DNA of 64,000 nucleotides from Macrostomum lignano (Eukaryota). Shown here one piece after another: positions 54,167 to 64,000 of this stretch. Location of the stretch: contig NIVC01000264.1 of assembly GCA_002269645.1 (NCBI GenBank), positions 62,001-126,000 on the forward strand. Reading direction: 5' to 3'. Within the stretch, counting starts at the first letter, position 1. Each line of letters starts with the position of its first letter. The notes below the pieces were generated by a model. The model saw only the letters and a program-made list of their open reading frames with translations. It was not told where the DNA came from and ran no database searches. Both the position numbers and the translations under genes were made by a program.

Positions 54167-56529
54167 CTCTGAGCTGCTCAGGGGAACCAGAATAAAAAAA
54201 TCTAGGAAGACGACTGCCTACGGTATAAACATTTTCCTTACCAAGTTTATCAATATTTTTCTTGGTGCTTATTTTTGTGTTACCTCCTGTTAGGTTTTGT
54301 AAAAGAACTCTTCCAGAGGTAAACTTGAATTTTTTATTGGGCATTGCTGATATTATAACAAATTGCTATTTTCATATTTTCCTTTTTAGAGCCACAGTGT
54401 GGCACGTTTATTTGCGTGTATTTTTACTTGCAGTAGCTAAAAAGGCTGTTTATATTATCTTACCATTTTTTAGAAACAAAGAAAAAATCAGCTCAAAGGA
54501 ATATGTAATCTTTTATTCCATCAGTTTTTTTTTCATTTTCAGGCTTTTTATGCGTCTGAGCGTTTTTTTATTTTTTTGCTACATGTACATAAGCGGGAAA
54601 AAAGACTTTACACCCCTTCCACATTTAACTTTTCTTTTATTCAAAATCATGCAACGGACAATTTCTAACGCAACTGCATGTTCATTTTTTAAATTCATCA
54701 GATCATGTTCTCCGTTTTAGGCAGTGTGGAATCTTATGAATGCTTTCTGTAGTATTTGTGTACATATAACAATAAAACTGACAATGAAGAATTATGAACA
54801 ATACATACCATCCTGTGACAAAAAATTAATGTAGCTGTTTCTCATGTTTTGTTTCTAAATTGGAATGCATATGCTTCAATTTATCCGTTAACATTCTAAT
54901 CGCTTGTTTTTCAAACAGTTTTTTACTCTATAATTTTATATTTATTTTTTTTAGAAAACACTTATCATCTTATCTTTGTTGTACCGTAGTTTTACATGTA
55001 CATTCACATGTGAATTCACAAGCGTCCTCCCCTCTAAGGACGACTGAAGTAGGCTCTACAATTAGCGACATCATGCCTGTCTTCATTGGCTCTGATCTGA
55101 TAAAGTGATTTACTAGCCAAATTTTTTACAGAGCAGAAAAATTATTGCAGTCTTAATAAGAATAACGTCTGAATAAGTAGATATATTTAAATGAAACAAT
55201 ATAAAGCGTTCTTTTACCGGTTGTATTAATGCTAACTAAAACAAAATACATGAATGCAGACAGTAAGCTTGCATTAAAATTGCAATTTTTGTTTTTAATA
55301 TATAAACTTTCAATAAACTTTGTTTTATATAGATGAAATTGGATAAGAAACTTTAAATAAATTTTTATTACCACCTTTAAAGGTGAAAGTTTCGTAGAAC
55401 TAACTGATCTCTACCTATAAGTGGACGTGGTACAACTTACGAGGTTAAGTTGAGTTGAGTTGAGTTAAGGTAAAAATGAAGGTTGACTTTAAGATGTTGA
55501 ATTTTATTTTACATGCTTTTTGTTTTTACGAATGTATTGGCCCCAAAGTTCACTTACAGTAAGCGAACAAAAATTATAGGTAATCAAATCAAATTCTATA
55601 AAATTAATAAACATTTTAAATCTCAGACTTACATTCAAAGCTAAAAGATTAATATTACAAACGTTAATTTTTTCCAAATCTTTGTTCATAAGCGCATTAA
55701 TTTTGTTCTAGCCGTCTCATCTACAATATTGCGATTGAAATTTAATTTTTAATGCTTTAAATAAAATGCAAATCGTGTTTTGTATTTCTTTTAAAATAAT
55801 AAAGTTTTTAGATAAAGCAAAATATGTACCTTTAGAATTTATTTCTAATTCTATGTATTTTTAAATACAGATAAGTCAGACAGTTTGCTCTAACTAAACA
55901 AAGTAGCATTTTTGGTCTATTAATTTACAACTAGAATTCTATTTAATGGCATCTCTAGAGAGTTATTTTGAATATTTATAGCTAAATGTTTTGATGCTTG
56001 ATTTAATTTTTTCTTAAAATATAGAAATGCTGCCTTTGATTTTAGGAACAAAGTTTGTTAGTAACAGACATTTCAGACTTAGGAAAATAAGTTCTATAAA
56101 CAAAATACTGTTTTATTAGGCAGTGGGATAGCCAGGAGTTTGCCTTGCTGGGCAAGAGTGTAAAAGGCAAGATTTTAGCTTTCAAACTTGTCTACCTACT
56201 ATCACTTTTTTGTTGAAAATTGCAAAAATTAACATTCAAAGTTTATGGCTGGTTGTCTGAGGGGGGTCTGAAACTGAAAACTTAAACATTAATGTAAAGG
56301 ACATATTATTTCCCTAAGAAAAAATATAGGAATTCATACAATAAGCTTTTATGTTAAGTTTTAGTCAACCTTTTTCTAGAACTTTCTACTCCTGTACTCG
56401 TATGATAATTTCATGCACAGACTGGTCGCAAACCAGATGGTCATGGCAACATGACAGAGAGATGCAGTGGCTGCAATAGAATTTTAAAAGTAAAAAATTC
56501 AGTTCTCAACTATACTACTAAGCCAAAGT

Positions 56530-58081
56530 ATGGACAATGTTGACCTCGAACTGACACCAGACCTACTTGAGCAGCAGCAAATTCCTCTAAGCGCCATCAG
56601 CCAAACCCTGCTTTTGTTGCTGAAGCCATTGGAAGATGCAACAACGCGAATTGTCACAGTTGATGGGGTGGAGCTGCTGGACAATTTACAGGGACTGGCC
56701 GAACTGCTAATTTTCAAAGGTGAGATGTGTTGTATTGAGTTGAACTTTTGCCATTAGTATGCTATTGCAGTGCAAGTCTGTCTCCAAATTGTACTTTATG
56801 TGCATGGGCCACCACAATAGTTATCCTTTGACAGGATCCTAAAGACAACGCAATTGAGCTTGAATCTAGTAAACTACCCGAAGAAGCAACCATGCCCTAA
56901 GAATCTAAGAAGACCCCAAGCTACCCTAAGAATCGACCCCAAGCTACCCTAAGAATTGACCCCAAGCTACCCTAAGAATCGACCCCAAGCTACCCTAAGA
57001 ATTGACCCCAAGCTACCCTAAGAATCGACCTAAAACTACCCTAAGAATCGACCCCAAGCTACCCAAAGAATCGACCCCAAGCTACTCTAAGAATCGACAC
57101 CAAGCTACCCTAAGAATCGACCCCCAAGCTACCCTAAGAATTGACCCCAAGCTACCCTAAGAATCGACCCCAAACTACCCTAAGAATCGACCCCAAGCTA
57201 CCCTAAGAATCGACCCCAAGCTACCCTAAGAATCGACCCCAAGCTACCCTAAGAATCGACACCAAGCTACCCTAAGAATCGACACCAAGCTACCCTAAGA
57301 ATCGACCCAAGCTACCCTAACTAACATTAACCTAACCCTATAAAACCAGGCTGCGTCACCGACTGGGGTCTGGCTGGTACGGCCTCGGTTAGCGCGGTGC
57401 TTGACACCTGGGGCCGGCAGGATCAGCGCGCTAGCTGTGCCGTCCTGTGGCGCCTGCTGGTGTCCCTCGGCCGGTTCGATTTGCTGCGCAGCATCCGCGG
57501 CCGCCTGCTGAGAGACGCGGAGCTGTACATGCAGAGCGAGCAGCGGGAGCGGCGGCGGCTGCGGGAGGCCACACAACAGCCGTCAGCCGCTCCCGAGCGG
57601 CGCTTTGACGTCTATGTGAGCTACTCCGAGACCTCGCAGGAGGACTCAGCGAGGGCGGCCGAGATTGTGGCCCGGCTGCGGGACAGCGGCTTCGATGTCA
57701 TCAGCGCCGAGGACCGGCTGGCCGGTGGCTTCTCGCTGGACGAATTTCACGATATTGTGCGCCGGTGAGAGAGAGAAGCGTGTTTTGGCGGCCTGAGGTT
57801 ATAAATGCAATTGAGTCACTGAGTCACTCCAACGCAGGTGCAGCCGGGTGCTGGTGCTGTGGTCCCGGGCCTACGAGGCGGAGCCAGAGCTGCGCTACGA
57901 GCTTAGCCTCTCCCGCTCCATGGACCCGGCCGCCGATCGGCGTCGAGTGATCCCCGTCCTGCTGGACGACACGCAGCGGCCCGGCCACCTGATCGGCATC
58001 CGGGCTGTTCGATTCGGCAGCCGCAACTGCATTCAGCAGCTTGTCAACTCTTTGAGAGATGGAAATGGACGGCGTAGCTGA
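56530..58081 (+). CDS. MYD88: MyD88-like death-domain + TIR adaptor, 282 aa. Exons 56530-56719, 57350-57764, 57838-58081.
   Basis: Death domain (IPLSAI...GLAELL...VLDTW...LLVSLGRFDLL...Y), TIR box 1 RFDVYVSY, box 2 region EDRLAG, IVRR|CSRVLVLWS..Y, RRVIPV. Phases 1 and 2 are consistent; 190+415+244 = 849 nt. Confidence 0.88.
56870..57320. repeat. 23-bp minisatellite (TAAGAATCGACCCCAAGCTACCC)
   Basis: Fills MyD88 intron 1. Confidence 0.95.
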
Positions 58082-58126
58082 GTGAGACAGATTGGCGTTC
58101 AGTGTTGACAGTATTATCAGTGAGTT

Positions 58127-58550
58127 GGCTGTGCGGAGTGAAGTGGCTGTGCGGAGTGAGGTGGCTGTGCGGAGTGAGGTTGCTGTGCGGAGTGAGGTGG
58201 CTGTGCGGAGTGAGGTGGCTGTGCGGAGTGAGGTGGCTGTGCGGAGTGAGGTGGCTGCACGGAGTGAGGTGGCTGTGCGGAGTGAGGTGGCTGAACGGAG
58301 TGTGGTGGTTGTGCGGAGTGAGGTGGCTGCACGGAGTGAGGTGGCTGAACGGAGTGTGGTGGTTGTGCGGAGTGAGGTGGCTGCACGGAGTGAGGTGGCT
58401 GCACGGAGTGAGGTGGCTGTGCGGAGTGAGGTGGCTGCACGGAGTGAGGTGGCTGTGTGGAGTGAGGTGGCTGAACGGAGTGTGGTGGCTGTGCGGAGTG
58501 AGGTGGCTGTGCGGAGTGAGGTGGCTGCACGGAGTGAGGTGGCTGTGCGG
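58127..58550 (+). repeat. 18-bp minisatellite (GGAGTGAGGTGGCTGTGC), left arm of an inverted pair
   Basis: Directly visible, about 45 nt after the MyD88 stop. Confidence 0.97.
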
Positions 58551-59364
58551 AACGTCTCGAGATCGAACTTGCTCGCATGTATTTGCAGATTAATTTCTTC
58601 TCTTTGTAATTCATTCGTGATAAAAAGCTGCCTGTTCTTGCTTCCAATCCGATTAAATGCTTGCATGTATTTTATTTGCTATTTACAATATTTTGGTTCT
58701 TTTTACATCGCTACTATTTGATGAACAGTAGTATAACCAAATTTGGTGCCTTATTTTTTTGTGGGTATTTTGATGCACTTACTGTCCTTTTGCGATAATA
58801 GAGTTAAGGTAGTCGTAAATAAATTTATGTATCATATAATCGTATGATATATGAACTCCAATCATTTCATTTGGTATTTCACCCTTTTAAATAGCTGTTT
58901 TCAAACAAGAGTTGAATAAATTTTAACTGCGACCTCTTCTAAAGTTATTTTGTTTTTACAAAATATAGTGCTACTGTGTGCAATAGAAAGTATTGATAGA
59001 AAAATATGTTGATCGATTTTGACGCGATAACTTTGTGCTTTTTGTAGAGTCAAAAATGAATTTTTTTATTTGTTCTACTCTTTATGATCTTAAGCAATTA
59101 GGTGCGCTGGGAGAGTGGACTGTGTCAGGGAATTGTTATACTCGTAGTAGTACAGTAATGTTTGCAAAGTGTTTGCGAATCGTGTATTTAAAAAAAATGT
59201 GGGGAAGTCGCGAAATTCAACAGCGATAGACTGAAAATTAAAGTCTTTATCGTCTGACAAATTCGTAAGAAAGCTGATGAACTGGACTGCCGTTGGCTTG
59301 AATCTTTACTACTGCGATGTGCAAGGAAATTTCTGAATTCTTTGTACTCGTATCAGCATTAAGC

Positions 59365-59848
59365 CACCCGCGCAGCCACCTCGTTCTGCATAGCCACCTC
59401 ACTCCGCACAGCCACCTCACTCCGCTTAGACACCTCACTCCGCACAGCCACCTCACTCCGTGCAGCCACCTCACTCCGCTTAGACACCTCACTCCGCACA
59501 GCCACCTCACTCCGCACAGCCACCTCACTCCGCTTAGACACCTCACTCCGCACAGCCACCTCACTCCGCTTAGACACCTCACTCCGCACAGCCACCTCAC
59601 TCCGCTTAGACACCTCACTCCGCACAGCCACCTCACTCCGCACAGCCACCTCACTCCGCACAGCCACCTCACTCCGCACAGCAACCTCACTCCGCACAGC
59701 CACTTCACTCCGCACAGCCATCTCACTCCGCACAGCCACCTCACTCCGCACAGCCACCTCACTCCGCACAGCCACCTCACTCCGCACAGCAACCTCACTC
59801 CGCACAGCCACTTCACTCCGCACAGCCATCTCACTCCGCACAGCCACC
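59365..59848 (-). repeat. Same 18-bp minisatellite in inverted orientation (GCACAGCCACCTCACTCC), right arm
   Basis: Reverse complement of the 58127-58550 unit. Confidence 0.97.
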
Positions 59849-60118
59849 GCATATGGCTTGGAATGCATGCTCTTCTGATTGAACCATGTCCAGAATATCG
59901 CAACTCTCCCATTGATAATCGTGGTTAATTCCCACAATTTGATGAGAATTAATAGAAAGTTCAACAGTAAAAAGCAGAATAATTTTCACTCTGGAAAAAT
60001 GTGCTCTAAATTGCTGTTTAAGTGAGGAAAAGCATCGCCCGGATAGAGTTACAGGGGAGATAGAATTAGTCTCGGGGTGCAAACCGGATTCCAATGCACC
60101 CAGCAAGAACGCCAGCAG

Positions 60119-61469
60119 CTAACTGCTTGATGCAGTCTGGTTCATCAGCCGCTTCTCGCAGAGCACTCGCTTCTCGAATATGTAGCCGCCTGTGACCTCG
60201 TCTCTCACCTGGCGCCAATCGGTGTTCAGGTCCGTCTGCTCCCAGGATGCGCCGCCACCGCCTGCGCCACTGACACCGCCTCCTCCGCTGCCGCCGTCTC
60301 CGCCACCAACGTCTTCACCAGCGCTGCCGCTTTCGCCGCCTGCGTCGCCGCTCGCCTGCTGCTGCTTGGCGACATTGTCCTGATCGGACACGTAGCAATG
60401 GTAGCCGGCCGGGCAGGCGCAAGCGAATTTCACGTCAACTGGCCCGTCCTCCGTTCGCTTTCGCTTCCTGGCGCAGGTGCCGCCGATCAGCTTGTTGTCA
60501 CTTTGCGTCTGAGTTCCCGGACTTTCCGCGCTGCTGCACTGGCCGAGCTTGCAGCCGAATTCGTAAACCCACTGCTCTGCCTCCAGGTGCCAGCCGAGTA
60601 GATAGAACAGTGGGGCCTGGATTGGTAATGGTTCAGTGTCTGGGGCCTGGATTGGCAATGGTTTAGTGTCTGGTGCCTGGATTGGTAATGGTTCAGTGTC
60701 TGGGGCCTGGATTGGTAATGGTTCAGTGTCTAGGGCCTGGATTGGTAATGGTTCTGTGTCTCGTGGGGCCTGGATTGGTAATGGTTCTGTGTCTCGTGGG
60801 GCCTGGATTGGTAATGGTCCTGTGTCTCGTGGGGCCTGGATTGGTAATGGTTCAGTGTCTAGGGCCTGGATTGGTAATGGTTCTGTGTCTCGTGGGGCCT
60901 GGATTGGTAATGGTTCTGTGTCTCGTGGGGCCTGGATTGGTAATGGTTCAGTGTCTGGTGCCTAGGTTGGCAATTTTTTCCAACTGTAGTATCTCCTCCG
61001 CACACTTTTAGTGTCTTAAGAGTCCGCCCAGCCTCACCCCGTTGGCTCCATCGGTGGGGGCAGGTGGGCAGCGGCAGTAGATCTGCTCCAACGCTGGCTC
61101 CCAACTGTTCCTCGGGCTCACAAAGACCGCCGCCTTGACGTCGCTGGGCCGGCAGGAGTGCACCTGACGGAAGTCGCTGCACTTGAGAAACTGCACCCGC
61201 ATCCGGGCGTACTCAAAGTGCTGCCACAGGAAGCTGTTGCCAGCCCGCAGGTCTACTGGGGCGCTGCAGTTGATGCAGCCGTTGCAGTAGCGGCCCTGGT
61301 CAATTACTTTGTCGGGGAATTGGATCACAGCGTTGCACACTCGCTCGCTGCCAAGGCATTCTGGCTCGGATTTTTTGCCTTTCTGACCGGCCGACACAGC
61401 TGGATAGAGGATGAGCATCAGGGCCGGTAGCAGCAGCAGCAGGATGTTGTACCGATAATTTGCTGTCAT
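60119..61469 (-). CDS. aos: Argos/giant-lens-like secreted three-finger protein, 309 aa in the short model. Exons 61469-61038 and 60616-60119.
   Basis: Signal-peptide-like N-terminus (ILLLLLPALMLILYPAVSA). 16 Cys grouped 6/4/6, with QFLKC, EQIYCRCP, YEFGC, RKRK and CACPAGYHC paralleling Drosophila Argos HYKMC, EQIVHCRCP, YLFAC, RKRQ and CQCPKGHRC. GGG|GTGAGG donor, phase 0. Confidence 0.82.
60611..60962. repeat. 30/33-bp minisatellite made of duplicated 3' splice-site units (minus strand CCAATCCAG|GCC)
   Basis: Units start at 60611, 60641, 60671, 60701 and 60731, followed by a mix of 33-bp and 30-bp variants. Confidence 0.95.
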
Positions 61470-62169
61470 GTCTGTTGGTCTGTCTAAGTCTAAGTTGGAT
61501 GTGTCTGTCTCTATGCATCCGCATATATACATATTTTGCGGGAGCATTTGCCCCCCCCCCACCCCCTGCTCCTCTCAGCGGCTGTGAGTGGCGCCGACCC
61601 GGTGCTGCCCGGGACCAGTGCGAGGCGAAGGGGGAAGCGGAGGTCATTAATTGATTGGCGAGGCAACTGGATGAGGGGCCGGGGCGATGGAGAGAGAGAG
61701 AGAGAGACCAGAAAGTAATGCAATCAAGTGCAGCTGGGTCGGGACCGAGCAGCGGTGTGTCTTTTTTCTGATGAAACTCCCCCCACCAGTTCGAGTCGGA
61801 AATGCAAAGTGGCGAATTTCTGGGGCTCATTGCAGTCTGGACCGCTCCCTCACGTCCCGAACTCGCCATTGGCAGGAGGCGAATGCGGCTCAGGTTCCCG
61901 AGGGAGCCGCCAGCGAGTCTGCGGGGAGTTCTGGGTGGCCTCTCAGCTGCTGGAAAAGTTTCTGCGGGGAAATGCGCGGAATAGCGGAGTGGAAGAGGGC
62001 AAATGGATGTCGGCAATGCGGGATAAGAGGTCTGCCTCCTCCCCGCAGACTTCGCTGAGGCTGACGCAAGTCCAGTTCTGCATCTCAGCAAGTTTCTGCT
62101 TGCATTATTGCTGCTTCACCCTGTTTTGCAAAATTTATGAGTAGCTGCGAAAGAGAAAGGTTGAGAAGT

Positions 62170-62635
62170 TTGGAAGATAAAATGAGACAGGAAAGGGAGA
62201 GCCGAGAGGGGAAATAATGGGGGAGAGTAGAGAGGGGGGTGGGTAGGGAATGGGGATAGAAGAGAGGGAAGAGAATGGGTAGAGAATGGGGAGAGCAGAG
62301 AGGGGAGAGAATGGGGGAGAGTAGAGAGGGGGGATTGGTTGGGAATGGGGATAGCAGAGAGGGTAGAGAATGGGTAGAGAATGGGGAGAGCAGAGAGGGA
62401 GAGAATGGGGAGAGCAGAAAGGGGAGATAATAGGGGAGAGCAGAGAGGGGAGAGCAGAGAGGGGAGAGCAGAGAGGGGAGAGCAGAGAGGGGAGAGCAGA
62501 GAGGGGAGAGCAGAGAGGGGAGAGCAGAGAGGGGAGAGCAGAGAGAGGGAGAATGGGGAGAGAATGGGGAGAGCAGAGAAGGGAGATAATAGGGGAGAGA
62601 ATGGGGAGAGCAGAGAGGGGAGAGCAGCGAGGGAG
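62170..62635. repeat. 14-bp purine-rich minisatellite (GAGAGCAGAGAGGG)
   Basis: Directly visible. Confidence 0.9.
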
Positions 62636-64000
62636 ATCGGTCAACAATGACCTCATTACACCAGCTCAATCCCGCCTGAGCAGCAATTGAAGAGAGGATA
62701 ACGAATCACATGGGGCTGAGGGCTATGGCGTATTTAATCAGGATACCGGGCAAGCCCGCTACGGAAGTCATATTTTGCCGCACTTCAGAATCCTCGCAAA
62801 GCTCACGGGGCGGTCAGGCCCACAGAGGGCCTCTCTCACTGCCTTCCGGAGCTCTGTATGAGAGCGCACAAGCAGAAATGAGCGAGGTCTCTCCCATATT
62901 GCCTCTTGCGAGAGTGCGAGAACGGGCGCCATTAGCCCCGCAGGAATTCCGCCAATAAACTTCCACCTATCCTCCAGCATCTCTCGCACGCCATCCGCGG
63001 CAGAAACCGGAGACTGAGACGCATACGAATAGAGAGAGGGGACGGAACTATGCTGACAGCTGATCAATAATTAATAAGGAACTGTTTTCCGAATGCTGTT
63101 GGGTCTTCACCTCTTTGAGCTGTGCGTGTGTGAGCGTTTCGTATGGTTGAAAATGAAATATAATTCCACAAATTTTGTAGAAATTCAGCTCAAGAAAGTG
63201 CATATCGTAGTCTCGAAGCTCTACTACTAATCACAGATCAGTTAGTAGGATAATAAGGACATCCATCGCATCCACAGATACTAGAATAACTAGATGGGCC
63301 ATTCAGCACATTTGCATGCAAGCTACTTTCAGTTCAGTTGTAAGTTAAACTGAAGCATTTAATGTATTTTAAAGCCAAGGCTCATTTGTTGACTCTTACA
63401 ACACTACCTTCCAACCGCGCCTTTCCCACACTACCCCCCCGCCCCAATTTTATTGCCTTTCTCGGTATTCCAGCCTAAAGCTGCTATGTACATTTCAGTG
63501 GACTGGCTAATGTACATTACTGCTGAACCAATTAGCAAGCTGTTTACGCCTGCAAGCTTTGGCTTCTAAACTTATCAAAGTCATTTCAGCTGCCTTTATT
63601 TTTATAAAATAAGCTTATGTATTCTTCTTTGCTACTGAACTGAAAGTAGAAAGCTGTTTCACTAAGTATAAGTATAAATTTAAAATTGTCTGAATTATAT
63701 CATAGAATAATTAATAGTTTTGCAGTACCTTACAGCTTACAAGCAGCAGTTAAACATATATTTGAGCACCAGGAGGAGAGGCAGAGACCGAGGAGACGCC
63801 ACCAGTCAGGCCCGCTATGTTTGTCTTTCTACTACGCAGTTCTACCTGCCAAAATTCTTGGCCCTCAACTTTACCGTCTCGAGACCGGAATTTCTTGGCG
63901 CGAGAGCGGCGACAACCTCAGACCCTGTTCAATGTGCAGCGAGCACGCGCGCTGAGATCTACTCGCGAAAGGAAAAGTGTACACAGCCGCTCACCCACTA

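Noticed and set aside
63770-64000. GC-richer stretch with open plus-strand frames at the right edge; possible exon of a further gene
   Set aside because: No recognisable domain, the reading frame is ambiguous, and the window ends.

Overview
Eukaryotic (animal) genomic DNA, not prokaryotic. It has GT-AG introns, some only 73-86 nt long and most others filled with a private mini- or microsatellite. The style resembles the flatworm Macrostomum lignano, which is an inference and not proven. A teneurin gene on the minus strand dominates the window: ATG at 50177, 15 phase-consistent coding exons (about 1,860 codons: intracellular domain, TM, Ig-like region, 8 EGF repeats, Cys-rich region, FN-plug, NHL, start of the YD region), running off the left edge, with one 1-nt frameshift near 2565. 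Its introns hold an internally deleted THAP/P-element (18320-20212; 37-bp TIRs, 7-bp TSD), a 5'-truncated EN-RT-RNaseH LINE inserted in a CAA microsatellite (21837-25270), and a non-autonomous CATAG-ended TIR element (30960-32891; 7-bp TSD) containing an RTE-like LINE fragment. To the right are a hAT-type MITE, a 4-exon four-TM gene (+), a 3-exon MyD88-like death+TIR adaptor gene (+) and a convergent 2-exon Argos/giant-lens-like 16-Cys secreted protein gene (-). Most striking observations: (1) the two convergent genes each carry the same 18-bp tandem array just after their stop codons, forming about 430-480-bp inverted arms; (2) the Argos-like intron is an in-frame array of duplicated splice acceptors; (3) teneurin EGF2 lacks its dimerisation cysteine; (4) the MyD88 BB-loop has Ala instead of Pro. 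Exon models come from manual translation and splice-phase checks. Family calls come from remembered motifs, as no database search was possible. Repeat boundaries are approximate.
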